A stretch of 64,000 nucleotides of DNA from Paraspadella gotoi. Lineage: Eukaryota > Animalia > Chaetognatha. Location of the stretch: assembly GCA_051294375.1 (NCBI GenBank), contig JBJCIZ010000631.1, positions 83,164 through 147,163 of the forward strand. Direction: 5' to 3'. Positions 7,760 to 20,757 of the stretch are shown piece after piece. Position 1 is the first letter of the stretch, and each line of letters starts with the position of its first letter. The translations under genes and the position numbers were made by a program. The notes under the pieces are model-generated. The model ran no database searches, was not told where the DNA came from, and worked only from the letters and a program-made list of their open reading frames with translations.

Positions 7760-10700
7760 AAGTTGTTATCTCTTTGAAATATCGTCTTCCGGTGTATTTA
7801 AACGTTTTATTACTTTTTACTTTAGAAAAGTCGTTTATCGGGTGATTTTTTAACTCTTTTTACATTGGAAAAAGTTTGCCCTTTTTTTTAGTTTTTATTT
7901 CTTTTTACAATGAAAAATCGTTTTCTGTTATTTTGAAGTTTTCATATCTTTTACTTTGAAAATATCGTTTTTCCGTGTTTTCGAAATTTTTATCTCTTTT
8001 TACATGGAAAAGCGTTTTCTTTGTTTTTAAAGTTTTTATCTCTTTGAAATATCGTCTGGCGGTGTATTTAACGTTCTTATCTCTTTTTACTGTTAGAAAT
8101 CGGTTATCGGTGTTTTTTAACTCTTTTTACATTGGAAGAAAATCGTTTTGCGGTTTTTTTAAAGTTTTTATTTCTTTTATATTGGAAAATATCGTTTTCT
8201 GTGATTTTAAAGTTTTCATATCTTTTTATCAGAGAAAAGTCCTTTTCTGGTGTATTTAACGTTTTTATCTATTGAGAGTGAGAGAAAGCTACATAAAATT
8301 GAAGAGAAAAGAGAGAGAAAAGGAGACATAAAAATAAAGAGCGAAATTTGTTTGTTTTTGATAAAACGTATTAAAAAGATATTTAATAACTGTCCTCACC
8401 CAATTTTAAAAACCTCGATGATGTATTTGCAGAAGTATTAACGTTTTTATTTCTTTTTTCTTGAAATATCGTTTTCGGTGTTTTAGAAATTTTTTATCTC
8501 TTTTTACATTGATAAAAGCGTTTTTCTTTTTTTTAAGTTGTTATCTTTTGGAAATATCGTCTGCCGGTGTATTTAATGTTTTTATCACTTTTTACTTTAG
8601 AAAGTCGTTAATCGTTTTTTTTAACTCTTTTTACAATGGAAAAATCGTTTGCCGGTTTTTTTAAAGTTTTTATTCTTTTTACATTGGAAAAAAATCGTTT
8701 TTCTGTATTTTTAAAGTTTTCATATCTTTATCAGAGAAAAAGTCGTTTTCTGTGTATTTAACGTTTTATCTATTGAGAGTGAGAGAAAGCTACATAAAAT
8801 AAAGAGAAAAGAGAGAGAGAGGAGACATAAAAATAAAAGAGAGGAAATTTGTTTGTTTTGATAAAAACGTATTAAAAGATATTTAATAATTGTCCTCACC
8901 AATTTTAACAACCTCGATGATGTTATTTGCAGAAGTAATTTAACGTTTTTTATTTCTTTTTTCTTTTAAATATCGTTTTCCGGTGTTTTAGAATTTTTAT
9001 CTCTTTTACATTGGATAAAAGCGTTTTCTTTGTTTTTAAAGTTGTATCTCTTTGTTTTCTGTTATTTTTAAGTTTTCATATCTTTTTACAGAGAAAAAGT
9101 CGTTTTCTGTGTATTTAACGTTTTATCTATTGAGAGTGAGAGAAGCTACATGAATAAGAGAAAAGAGAGAGAGAAGAGACATGAAAATAAAAGAGAGGAA
9201 TTTCTTTGTTTTGATAAAACGTATTAAAAATATTTAATAATAACTGTCCTCACCAATTTTAACAACCTCGATGATGTTATTTGCAGAAGTATTTAACTTT
9301 TTATTTCTTTTTTCTTTGAAAATATCGTTTCCGGTGTTTTCGAATTTTTATCTCTTTTACATTGGAAAAAGCGTTTTTTCTTTGTTTTTAAAAGTTGTTA
9401 TCTCTTTGGAAATATCGTCTGCCGGTGTATTTAACGTTTTATCACTTTTTACTTTAGAAAAGTCGTTTGTCGTGTTTTTAACTCTTTTTACATTGGAAAA
9501 TCGTTTGCCGTTTTTTTTAAGTTTTTTATTTCTTTTACATTGGAAAAAAATCTCTTTTTACAGAGAAAAGTCGTTTTCTGGTGTATTTAACGTTTTTATC
9601 TATGAGAGTGAGAGAAAGCTACTAAAATTAAAAAGAAAAAGAGATGAGAAGGAGACATAAAAATAAAGAGAGGAAATTTGTTGTTTGATAAAACGTAAAA
9701 AAAAACATATTTAATACCTGTCCTCACAATTTAACAACCTCGATGATGTTATTTGCAGAAGTTTTTAACGTTTTTATTTATTTTTTTTTTTGAAATATCG
9801 TTTTCCGGTGTTTTCTACGTTTTTATTCTTTTACATTGGAAAAGCGTTTTTCTTTGTTTTTAAAGTTTTTATCTAGTATTGAAGAAGTATTTTACTGATG
9901 TTTTCAACGTTTTTATCTCTTTTCACATTGGAAAAGTCGTTTGCCGGTGTTTTTTACGTTTATTCTTTTACATTAGAAAAAGCGTTTTTCTTTGGTTTCT
10001 AAAGTTTTTTTCTCTTTTTATATTGGAAAAGTCGTTTTCGGTGTTTTTAACGCATTTATTTATTACATTGAAAAAATATTTTTGTTTTGATATTTTTTAC
10101 AAAAAAAGTCGTTTTTTGATGTTTTTAACGTTTTAGCTTTTTTACATAGGAATAGTCGTTTGACGGTTTTTCACGGTTTATTTTTTTTATTGGAAAGTCG
10201 GTTTGCCAAAGTTTTTAACGTTTTTATCTCTTTTTACATTGGGAAAAGCGTTTCTTGTTTTAAAGTTTTATCTCTTTGGAAAAGTCGTTTGCTGGTTGTT
10301 TTTACGTTATTATCTCTTTTACATTATAAAATCGTTTATCGGTTTTTTTTCTCTTTTTACATTGGAAAAATCGTTTGCCCGGTTTTTTAAAGTTTTTATT
10401 TCTTTTTATATTGGAAAAGAAGTTTGCTAGCGTTTTAACGTTTTTATCTCTTTTTACATTGGAAATGTCGTCTGCCGGTGTAATTTTAACGTTTTATCTC
10501 TTTTTACATTGGAAAAGTCGTTTGTCGATGTTTTTAATTATTTTTATTGAAAAAGTGTTTGCCGAAGTTTTAGGTTTTATTTCTTTTTACATTGAAAATA
10601 TCGTTTGCCGGTGTTTTCTACGTTTTTATCTCTTTTTTACATTGGAAAAGCGTTTTTCTTGTTCTAAAGTGTTTATCTTTTTTATATTGAAAAGTCGTCT

Positions 10701-13700
10701 GCCGGTGTATTTAACGTTTTTATCTTTTTTTACGTTGAAAGACTTTTTCTTTGTTTTTAAAGTTTTTACTCTTGGAAATGTCGTCTGCGTGTATTTAACG
10801 TTTTTATCCTTTTCATTAGAAAAGTGTTATCGGTGTTTTTTTATCTCTTTTTACATTGAAAAAATCGTTTGCCGGTTTTTTTAAGTTTTTTTTCTTTTTC
10901 ATATTGGAAAGAAGTTTGCTAAGGTTTTACGCTTTTATTCTTTTTACCATTGGAATCGTCGTCTGCCGGTGTATTTACGTTTTTATTCTTTTTACATTGG
11001 AAAAAGTCGTTTGTCGATGTTTTTAACCTTTTATCTCTTTCATATTGAAAAAGTTGTTTGCCAAAGTTTTTAAGGTTTTTATTCTTTTTACATTGAAAAT
11101 ATCGTTTGCCGTGTTTTCATTTACATTGGAAAAGCGTTATTCTTTGTTTTAAGTTTTTATCTTTTTTTATATTGGAAAAGTCGTTTGCTGGTTTTTTAAA
11201 CCTTTTATCTCTTTTTACACCGGAAAGATCGTCTGCCGGTGATTAACGTTTTTTTCTCTTTTTACATTGGAAAAGTCGTTTGTCGGTGTTTTTAACGCAT
11301 TTATTTCTTTTTACATTGGAAAAAATCGTTTCTGTTATTTTAAAGTTTTCATATGTTTTTACAGAGGAAAAGTCGTTTTCTGGTGTTTTTAACGTTTTTA
11401 TCTATTGAGAGTAAGAGAAAGCTACATAAAATTAAAAGAGAAAAAGAGAGAGAAGGAGACATAAAAATGAAGGAGAGGAAATTGTTGCTTTGATAAAACG
11501 TAACAAACATATTTAATAACTGTCCCTCACTAAATTTTAACCAACCTCGATGATGTTAATTTGCAGAAGTTTTTAACGTTTTTATTTCTTTTTTCTTTGA
11601 CATTATCGTTTTCCGTTTTCTACGTTTTATCTCTTTTTACAATTGGAAAAAAGTGTTTTTCTTTGTTTTTCAAGTTTTTATCTCTTATTGAAGAAGTATT
11701 TTTCTGGTGTTTTTCAACCTTTTTTATCCTTTTTACATATGGAAAAAGCTTTGTCGGTGTTTTACTTTATCTCTTTTTCAATTGAAAAAGTTGTTTGCAA
11801 GTTTTTTAAGTTTTTATCTCTTTTTACATTGAAAGAGGAAAAAGTCGTTATCCCAGGTATTTTGTCTACGTTTACTTCTCTTTTACAGGAAAGAAAAGCG
11901 TTTGATTTTAACGTTAGCTTTTAGATGTGTTTACGAGTATCAACGTTTTATCTTCTTTTTTATATTAAAAAAGTCGTCTTCCATGCCCTTTAATTTAACG
12001 ATTTTCTATCTTCTTTTACGATTGGAAAAAGCGTTCTTCTCTTCAAATTTTATCTATCTTTGGAAATGTCTTTGCGCGGGTTATTTAACGTTTTTCATCT
12101 TTATTACATTAGAAAAGTCGTTTATCGTTTTTTTATTATCTCTTACTACATTGAAAAATCGTTTGCCGGTTTTTTTTAAAAGTTTTATTCTGTTTATATT
12201 GAAAAGAAGTTTGCTATGTTTTTCGTTTTACTCGTTTTTATTAAATTCGTCGGTGTATACGTTTTCTTTTACATTGGAAAACTCTTTTGTCGATTGGTTT
12301 TTAACTCTTTTTATCTCGTTTTATATTGAAAAAGTTGCTTTTGCCGAATTTCATAAGGTTTTTTTTAAGTTTATTTTTTTACATTGAAATATCGTTTGCA
12401 AGTGTTTTCTACGTTTTCTTTTTATTGGAAAAGCTCTGTTTAAGTTTTTTACTTCTTTTTATATTGGGAAAACCCTGCCGGTTTTTACGTAGCTTTACTG
12501 AAAGCTTTTGCTTGTTTTGTTTTATTCTAGAATTAGTCTGCCGTTGATTTAAGTCTATCCTTACATTTGAAAGTTCGTTATCTCTTGTTATCTGATACAT
12601 ATGGAAAAATCGTCTGCACTGTTTTTAACGTTTTTATTCTTTTTTTACATTGGAAAAAAGCGTTTTTCTATGTTTTTAACGTTTTTTATCTTTTTAAGTA
12701 AATGTCGTCTGCCCGGGTTAGTTACTTTAATAGAATTATCGGTTTTTTTATCTCTTCTTTACTTGGAAAATTTGCAGGATTTTTTAACCAATTTGTTATT
12801 TTCTTTTATATTGAAAGAAGTTTGTTTCGAGCTTTTTAGAGTTTTATTCTTTTTTTACATTGAAAATCGGTTCTCTGTGTATTTAAAGTTTTTATTCTTT
12901 TTACAGAGGAAAAGTCGTTTTCTGGTGTTTTTAACTCTTGTTTATTAGAGATATAGAAAGTTAAAAGTTTAAGAAAAAGAAGATAGTTTAAGGGTTATCA
13001 TAAAATAAATGAGGAAATTTGTTTGTCGGTTTTCTAACCGTAAAACTATTTAATCGTCTTACATTTTTAAAAACTCGATGATGTTATCTTTCGTTTTAAT
13101 TTTATCTTTTTTTTAATTGGAATAGTTCGATTTGCCGGTGTTTTACATTTTTACTCTTTTTTACTTGCGGAAAGAAGCGTTTTTCTTTGTTTTTAAAGTT
13201 TTTATCCTTATTTGGAAGCGCTGCGGTATTAAGTTTACTTTTTACATTGAAGTCGTTTCAATCGGTTTTTCTATCTCTTTTATTAAATCTTTGCCGTTTT
13301 TAAGTTTACTTTATATTGAAAAGACAGTTTCGTAGTTATTTAACGTCTTTTACTCCTGCCTTTTCACATTGAAAGTGTTTGCTGTCGTGTTTTTACTTTT
13401 TATCTCTTTTGTAATATTGAAAAAGGTTTTGTTTCCGGTTTTTAAGTTTTTTTTTTAATCTTTTTTTTTTCGAAAATATGTTTGTCAGTGTTTCTACGCT
13501 TTTTATTCTTTTAACATTGGAAAAATCGGTTTTTCTTTGTTTTTAAAGTTTTATATATCTTTTTAAAGAAAAGTTGTCTTTTATGTTTAACGTTTTTAGC
13601 CTTTTTTTTACATTAGGAAAAAGTCGTTTCTACGTGATTGTTATTTAAAGTTTTTATTTTTTAGCGAAAATCCGTCGTTAGCCAAGGTGTTTAAAGCTTT

Positions 13701-16700
13701 TTCTTCTTTACATTGAGAATCAAGTCGTGGTCCTGACGAGTGTTTAGTTTTTATTCTCTTTTACATTGAAAATCGTTCTGTCCGAGTTTTTTTTTAACGT
13801 TTTTATTTCTTTTTTATATGAAAAGAAGTTTGCCATATGTTTTTAAGTTTTTTATTCTCTTTTTACATTGAAATAGTCGTCTGCCCGGTGTATTCTAACG
13901 TTTTTATCTGCTTTTTAGCATTGAAACGCGTTTTGTCTGTGTTTTTAAAATTGTTTATTTCTTTTTATATTGGCAAAAATCCTTTTCGCGAAGTTTTTTA
14001 CGTATTATTTCTTTTTTTTACATTGAAAAATCGTTTTTTTGTTATTTTTAAAGTTTTCATTCGCTTTTTTACAGAGGAAAAGTCGTTTTCTGGTGTTTTT
14101 TAACGTTTTTTATCTATTGAGAGTAAGAGAAAGCTACATAAAATTAAAAGAGAAAAGAGCAGAGAGAAGAGACATAAAAATAAAAAGGAGGAAATTTGTT
14201 TGTTTGATAAAAACGTAAAAAAAAATATTTAATAATCTGTCCTCACCAACTTTTAACAACCTCGATGATGGTTATTTTGCAGACACCTTTTTAACGTTTT
14301 TTTATTTTTTTTTTTTTTGAAATTATCGTCTTTCCGGTGTTTTCTACATTTTATCTTCTTTTACATGTGGAAAAAGCGTTGTTTCTTTGTTAAAGTTTTA
14401 TCTCCTTATTGAAGAAGTATTTTTACTGATTGTTTTCAAACCTTTTTATCCTTTTGTTACCAATGGAAAAGACGTTCTTTCGGTTGTTTTTACGCTTTGT
14501 TATCTCTTTTTCACATTGGCAAAAAAGTCGTTTGCCGGTGTTTTTTACGTTTTTATCTCTTTGTTTACATTAGAAAAGGTTTTCTTTTGTTTCTAAAAGT
14601 TTTATCTCTTTTTATATTGGAAAAGTCCAAGTCGTTTGTCGGTGTTTTTAACGCATTTATTTTTTTTAACATTGAAAAAAATCGTTTTCTGTTATTTTTA
14701 ACGTTTTGATATATTTTTACAAAAAAAAGTTGTTTTTTGATGTTTTTAACGTTTTTAGCTTTTTTTACATAGGAATAGTCGTTTGACGGGTTTTTCAACG
14801 GTTTTATTTTTTTTTATTGGAAAAGTCGTTTGCCAAAGTTTTAAACGCTTTTATCTCTTTTTACATTGGAATCGTCGTCTGCCGGTGTATTTAACGTTTT
14901 TATTTCTTTTTACATTTGAAAAGTCGTTTGTCGATGTTTTTTAACCTTTTTATTTCTTTTTATAATGAAAAAGTTGTTTGCCGAAGTTTTTAAGGTTTTT
15001 ATTTCTTTTTACATTGAAAATATCGTTTGCCGGTGTTTTCTACGTTTTTATCTCTTTTTACATTGGAAAAAGCGTTTTTCTTTGTTTTTAAAGTTTTTAT
15101 CTCTTTTTATATTGGAAAAATCGTTTTTCGGTGTTTTTTTAACGTATTTATTTCTTTTTACATTGGAAAAAATCGTTTTCTGTTATTTTTAAAGTTTTCA
15201 TGTCTTTTTACAGAGGAAAAGTCGTTTTCGGGTGTTTTTAACGTTTTTATTTATTGAGAGTAAGAGAAAGCTACATAAAATTAAAAGAGAAAAGAGAGAG
15301 AGAAGGAGACATAAAAATAAAAGAGAGGAAATTTGTTTGTTTTGATAAAACGTAAAAAAAACATATTTAATAACTGTCCTCACCCAATTTTAACAACCTC
15401 GATGATGTTATTTGCAGAATTTTTTAACGTTTTTATTTTTTTTTTTTTTTTTTTTGAAATTATCGTTTTCCGGTGTTTTCTACGTTTTATCTCTTTTTAC
15501 ATTGGAAAAAGCGTTTTTCTTTGTTTTTAAAGTTTTTATCTCCTTATTGAAGAAGTATTTTACTGATGTTTTCAACCTTTTTATCCTTTTTTACAATGGA
15601 AAAGACGTCATTCGGTGTTTTTAACGTTTTTATCTCTTTTCACATTGGAAAAGTCGTTTGCCGGTGTTTTTTACGTTTTTATCTCTTTTTACATTAGAAA
15701 AAGCGTTTTTCTTTGTTTCTAAAGTTTTTATCTCTTTTTATATTGGAAAAGTCGTTTTCCAGTGTGTTTTATACGTTTTATCTCTTTTTACATTGGAAAA
15801 GTCTTTTGTCGATGTTTCTTACAACCGTTTTTTATCTTCGTTTTATATTAAAAAAGTTGTTTGCCGAAGTTTTTAAGTTTTTATTTCTTCTTTACATTGA
15901 AAATATCGTTTGCCAGGGTTTTCTACGTTTTTATCTCTTTTTCAATTGGAAAAAGCGTTTTTCTTTGTTTTAAGTTTTATCTTCTTTTTATATTGGAAAA
16001 GTCGTCTGCGGTGTATTTAACGTTTTTATCTTTTTTTTACTTGATAAAGCGTTTCTTCTTTGTGTTTTTAAAGCTTTTTATCCTCTTTTAGAAATGTCGT
16101 CTGCCGGTGTATTTAACGTTTTTATCACTTTTTACTTTAGAAAAGTCGTTTATCGGTGTTTTTTATCTCTTTTTACATTGGAAAAATCGTTTTTCCGTTT
16201 TTTAAAGTTTTTATTTCTTTTTAATATTGGAAAGAAATTTGCTAGTGTCTTTTAACGTTTTTATCTCTTTTTACATTGGAATCGTCGTCTACCGGTGTAT
16301 TTAACGTTTTGTCGATGTTTTTACCTTTTTATCTCTTTTTATATTGAAAAAGTTGTTTGCCGATGTTTTTAAGGTTTTTATTTCATTTTACATTGAAAAT
16401 ATCGTTTGCCGGTGTTTTCTACGTTTTTATCTCTTTTTACATTGAAAAAAGCGTTTTTCTTTGTTTCTAAAGTTTTTATCTCTTTTTATATTGGAAAAGT
16501 CGTTTGTCGGTGTTTTTAACGCATTTATTTCTATTTACATTGGAAAAAATCGTTTTCTGTTATTTTTAAAGTTTTTTTTATCTTTTTACAGAGGAAAAGT
16601 CGTTTTCGGGTGATTTTAACGTTTTTATCTATTGAGAGTGTGAGAAAGCTACATAAAATTAAAAGAGAAAAGAGAGAGAGAAGGAGACATAAAAATAAAA

Positions 16701-19700
16701 TAGAGGAAATATGTTAACTTTGATAAAACGTAACAAAACATATTTAATAACTGTCCTCACTAAATTTTAACAACCTCGATGATGTTATTTGCAGAAGTTT
16801 TTAACGTTTTTATTTCTTTTTTCTTTGAAATTATCGTTTTCTACGTTTTATCTCTTTTTACATTGGAAAAAGTGTTTTTCTTTGTTTTTAAAGTTTTTAT
16901 CTCCTTATTGAAGAAGTATTTTTCTGGTGTTTTCAACCTTTTTATCCTTTTTTACAATGGAAAAGACCTTTTCTGGTGTTTTTAACGTTTTTAGCTTTTT
17001 TCACATTGGAAAAGTTGTTTTCTGGTGTTTTTAACGGTTTTAGCTTTTTTTACATAGGAAAAGGAAAAGGAAAAGGAAAAGTCGTTATTCCATATTTTTA
17101 ACGTTTTTTTCTCTTTTTACAAAAGAAAAGTCGTTTTTTGATGTTTTTAACGTTTTTAGCTTTTTTTACATAGGAATAGTCGTTTGACGAGTTTATCAAC
17201 GGTTTTATTTCTTTTTTTTATTAAAAAAGTCGTTTGCCAATGTTTTTAACGTTTTTATCTTTTTTTACATTTGAAAAAGCGTTTTTCTTTGTTTTTAAAT
17301 TTTTTATCTCTGGAAAAGTCGTTTGCTGGTGTTTTTAACGTTATTATCTCTTTTTACTTTAGAAAAGTCGTTTATCGGTTTTTTTTATCTCTTTTTACAT
17401 TGGAAAAATCGTTTGCCGGTTTTTTTAAAGTTTTTATTTCTTTTTATATTGGAAAAGAAGTTTGCTAGTGTTTTTAACGTTTTTATCTCTTTTTACATTG
17501 GAAATGTCGTCTGCCGGTGTATTTAACGTTTTTATCTCTTTTTACATTGGAAAAGTGGTTTGTCGATGCTTTTAACTTTTTTTCTCTTTTTAAATTGAAA
17601 AAGTTGTTTGCCGAAGTTTTTAAGGTTTTTATTTCTTTTTACATTAAAAATATCGTTTGCCGTTGTTTTCTACGTTTTTATTTCTTTTTACATTTAAAAA
17701 AGCGTTTTTCTTAGTTTCTAAAGTTTTTATCTCTTTTCATATTGGAAAAGTTGTTTGTCGGTGTTTTTAACGCAATTATTTTTTTTTACATTGGAAAAAA
17801 TCGTTTTTCGTTATTTTTAAAGTTTTTATATCTTTTTACAGAGGAAAAGTCGTTTTCTGGTGTTTTTAACGTATTTATCTATTGAGAGTGAGAGAAAGCT
17901 GCATAAAATTAAAAGAGAAAAGAGAGAGAGAAGGAGACATAAAAATAAAAAAGAGGAAATTTGTTTGTTTTGATAAAACGTAAAAAAAACATATTTAATA
18001 ACTGTCCTCACCCAATTTTAACAAACTCGATGATGTTATTTGAAGAAGTTTTTTAGGTTTTTTATTTTTTTTTCTTTGAAATTATCGTTTTCCGGTGTTT
18101 TCTACGTTTTATCTCTTTTTACATTGGAAAAGCGTTTTTCTTTCTTTTTAAAGTTTTTATCTCCTTATTGAAGAAGTTGTTTTCTGGTGTTTTAAACCTT
18201 TTTATCCTTTTTTACAATGGAAAAGACGTTTTTCGGTGTTTTTAACGTTTTTATCTCTTTTAACATTTGAAAAGTCGTTTTCTTGTGTTTTGAACGTTTT
18301 TAGCTCTTTTTACATAGGAAAAAGAAAAGTAAAAGTCTTTTTTCGGTGTTTTAAAGTTCTTTGTTTTTAAAGTTTTTATCTCTTTGGAAAAGTCGTTTGC
18401 TGGTGTTTTTAACGTTTTTATCTCTTTTTACATAGGAAATGTCGTTTGACTGTGTATTTAACGTTTTTAATTCTTTTTACATTAGAAAAGTCGTTTATCG
18501 GTGTTTTTTATCTCTTTTTACATTATAAAATTCGTTTGCCTTGTTTTTTTAAAGTTTTTATCTCTTTTTATATTGGAAAAGAAGTTTGCTAGTGTTTTTA
18601 ACGTTTTTATCTTTTTTTACATTGGAAATGTCGTCTGCCGGCGTATTTAACGTTTTTATCTCTTTTTACATTGGAAAAGTCGTTTGTCGTTTGTCGATGT
18701 TTTTAAGGTTTTTATTTCTCTTTACATTGAAAATATCGTTTGCCGGTGTTTTCTACGTTTTTATCTCTTTTTACATTGGAAAAAGCGTTTTTCTTTGTTT
18801 CTATTTTTATATTGGAAAAGTCGTTTGTCGGTGTTTTTAACGCATTTTTTTTTTACATTGGAAAAAATCTTTTTCTGTTATTTTTAACGTTTTCATATCT
18901 TTTTACAATGGAAAAGACGTTTTTCGGTGTTTTTAACGTTTTTATTTCTTTTGACATTGGAAAAGTCGTTTTTTAGTGTTTTTTAACGTTTTAAGCTTTT
19001 TTTACATAGTAACAAGAAAAGGAAGTCTTTTTTCGGTGTTTTTAACGTTTTCATCTCTTTTTACAAAAGAAAAGTCGTTTTTTGATGTTTTTAACGTTTT
19101 TAGTTTTTTTTACATAGGAATAGTCGTTTGACGGGTTTTTCAACGGTTTTATTTCTTTTTTTATTGGAAAAGTCGTTTGCCAAAGTTTTTAACGTTTTTA
19201 TCTCTTTTTACATTGGAAAAAGCGTTTTTCTTTGTTTTTAAAGTTTTTATCCATTTGGAAAAGTCGTTTGCTGGTTTTTTAACGTTTTTATCTTTTTACA
19301 TAGGAAATGTCGTCTGTCGGTGTATTTAACGTTTTTATCACTTTTTACATTAGAAAAGTCGTTTATCGGTGTTTTTTATCTCTTTTTATATTGGAAAAGA
19401 AGTTTGCTAGTGTTTTTAACGTTTTTATCTCTTTTTACATAGGAAATGTCGTCTGCCGGTGTATTTCATAGAAATAAACTTTTGACGAGTTTTTCAACGG
19501 TTTTATTTCTTTTTTTATTGGAAAAGTCGTTTGCCAAAGTTTTCAACGTTTTTAATTCCTATTACATTGGAAAATTGCTTTTTCGGTGTTTTTAACGTTT
19601 TTATTTCTTTCTATATTGAAAAAAGCGTTTTTCTTTGTTTTTAAAGTTTTTATGTTTTTGGAAAAGTCGTTTGTTGGTGTTTTTAACGTTTTTATTTCTT

Positions 19701-20065
19701 TTTACATAGGAAATGTCGTCTGCCGGTGTATTTAACGTTTTTATCGTTTTTTACATTGGAAAAGCGTTTATCGGTGTTTTTTATCTCTTTTTACATTGGT
19801 TTTTTAAAAAATATAATCTCTTTTTATATTGGAGAAGAAGTTTGCTAGTGTATATAACGTTTTTATCTCTTATTACATTGGAAAAGTTGTTTGTCGATGT
19901 TTTTAACCTTTTTATCTCTTTTTACATTGAAAAAAGCGTTTATCGGTGTTTTTTATCTCTTTTTACATTGGAAAAAAAGTTTGCCGGTTTTTTAAAAGTT
20001 TTTATCTCTTTTTATATAGGAAAAGAAGTTTGCTAGTGTTTTTAACATTTTTATCTCTTTTTACT
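7760..20065 (+). repeat. Complex satellite array 1: ~49-bp T-rich monomer with 40-42-bp variants, punctuated by ~170-bp purine-rich blocks
   Basis: Consensus is approximately TTTTTATCTCTTTTTACATTGGAAAAGTCGTTTGCCGGTGTTTTTAACG. The block ATTGAGAGTGAGAGAAAGCTACATAAAA...CCTCGATGATGTTATTTGCAG starts near 8271, 8772, 9129, 9601, 11404, 12944 (noisy), 14116, 15253, 16631 and 17881. Confidence 0.97.
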
Positions 20066-20385
20066 CTACAGCGTCTGTTCAGCTTCTTTCTCTCTCTCTC
20101 TCTCTCTCTCTGTCTTTCTGTCTCTCTCTCTGTACGATCGTTCGTTTTTTGAAAAATTCTTATTATTTCTTTCCTTCTAAAAACTTTTATTATCGCCATT
20201 TATTTTTTTTCTCAATACAAAATCCCAAATTTACATCCGACATTTTCGTGCATTCATTTTAGAAAAAGGGAAGAATAACTTATAAATATAATGCAGGCAA
20301 TTTCACATGTACATCAACTTGTGTGACAGGTAGGTGATACCTGCTATATATCCGGCAATTGCGCGGATTAATATAAATAATATAT
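20066..20385 (-). mobile_element. Putative 5' head/core of a Helentron-associated non-autonomous element directly abutting satellite array 1
   Basis: Near-identical to 41510-41800 and, inverted, to 52750-52960. On the minus strand it starts after an AT-rich tract with the hairpin ATCCG-CGCAATTGC-CGGAT followed by ATATAG. The repeat identity is seen directly; the Helentron class is inferred. Confidence 0.55.
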
Positions 20386-20442
20386 AATATAAAAAATATA
20401 ACAATCTAAAATTTCATTCAAAAATAATTTTTTTAAGATGAG

Positions 20443-20585
20443 AAAATAGCAGATTTGAAAACGAAAGTTTTAGTATTTTTTACAACGATTTTGTTTACAA
20501 TCGTTGTAAAAAATACTAAAACTTTCGTTTTCGAATCTGCTATCTTACTGAACAACGAAAAGAGAGAAAAATTACATAAGATGAG
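20443..20585. repeat. 143-bp insertion containing a 45-bp-arm hairpin, flanked by a TAAGATGAG duplication
   Basis: Arms 20446-20490 and 20499-20543 (one mismatch, 8-nt loop). TAAGATGAG occurs at 20434-20442 and 20577-20585. The paralogous site at 50171 has a single TAAGATGAG and no insert. Confidence 0.85.
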
Positions 20586-20657
20586 GAAATAAAATTTATT
20601 TGAATAAGTAAAAAAACTATTTGGAAGTCAAAAATATCATAGTCGTTAACTGATTAT

Positions 20658-20757
20658 NNNNNNNNNNNNNNNNNNNNNNNNNNNNNNNNNNNNNNNNNNN
20701 NNNNNNNNNNNNNNNNNNNNNNNNNNNNNNNNNNNNNNNNNNNNNNNNNNNNNNNNN
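20658..20757. other. Assembly gap (100 N)
   Basis: N run. Confidence 1.
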
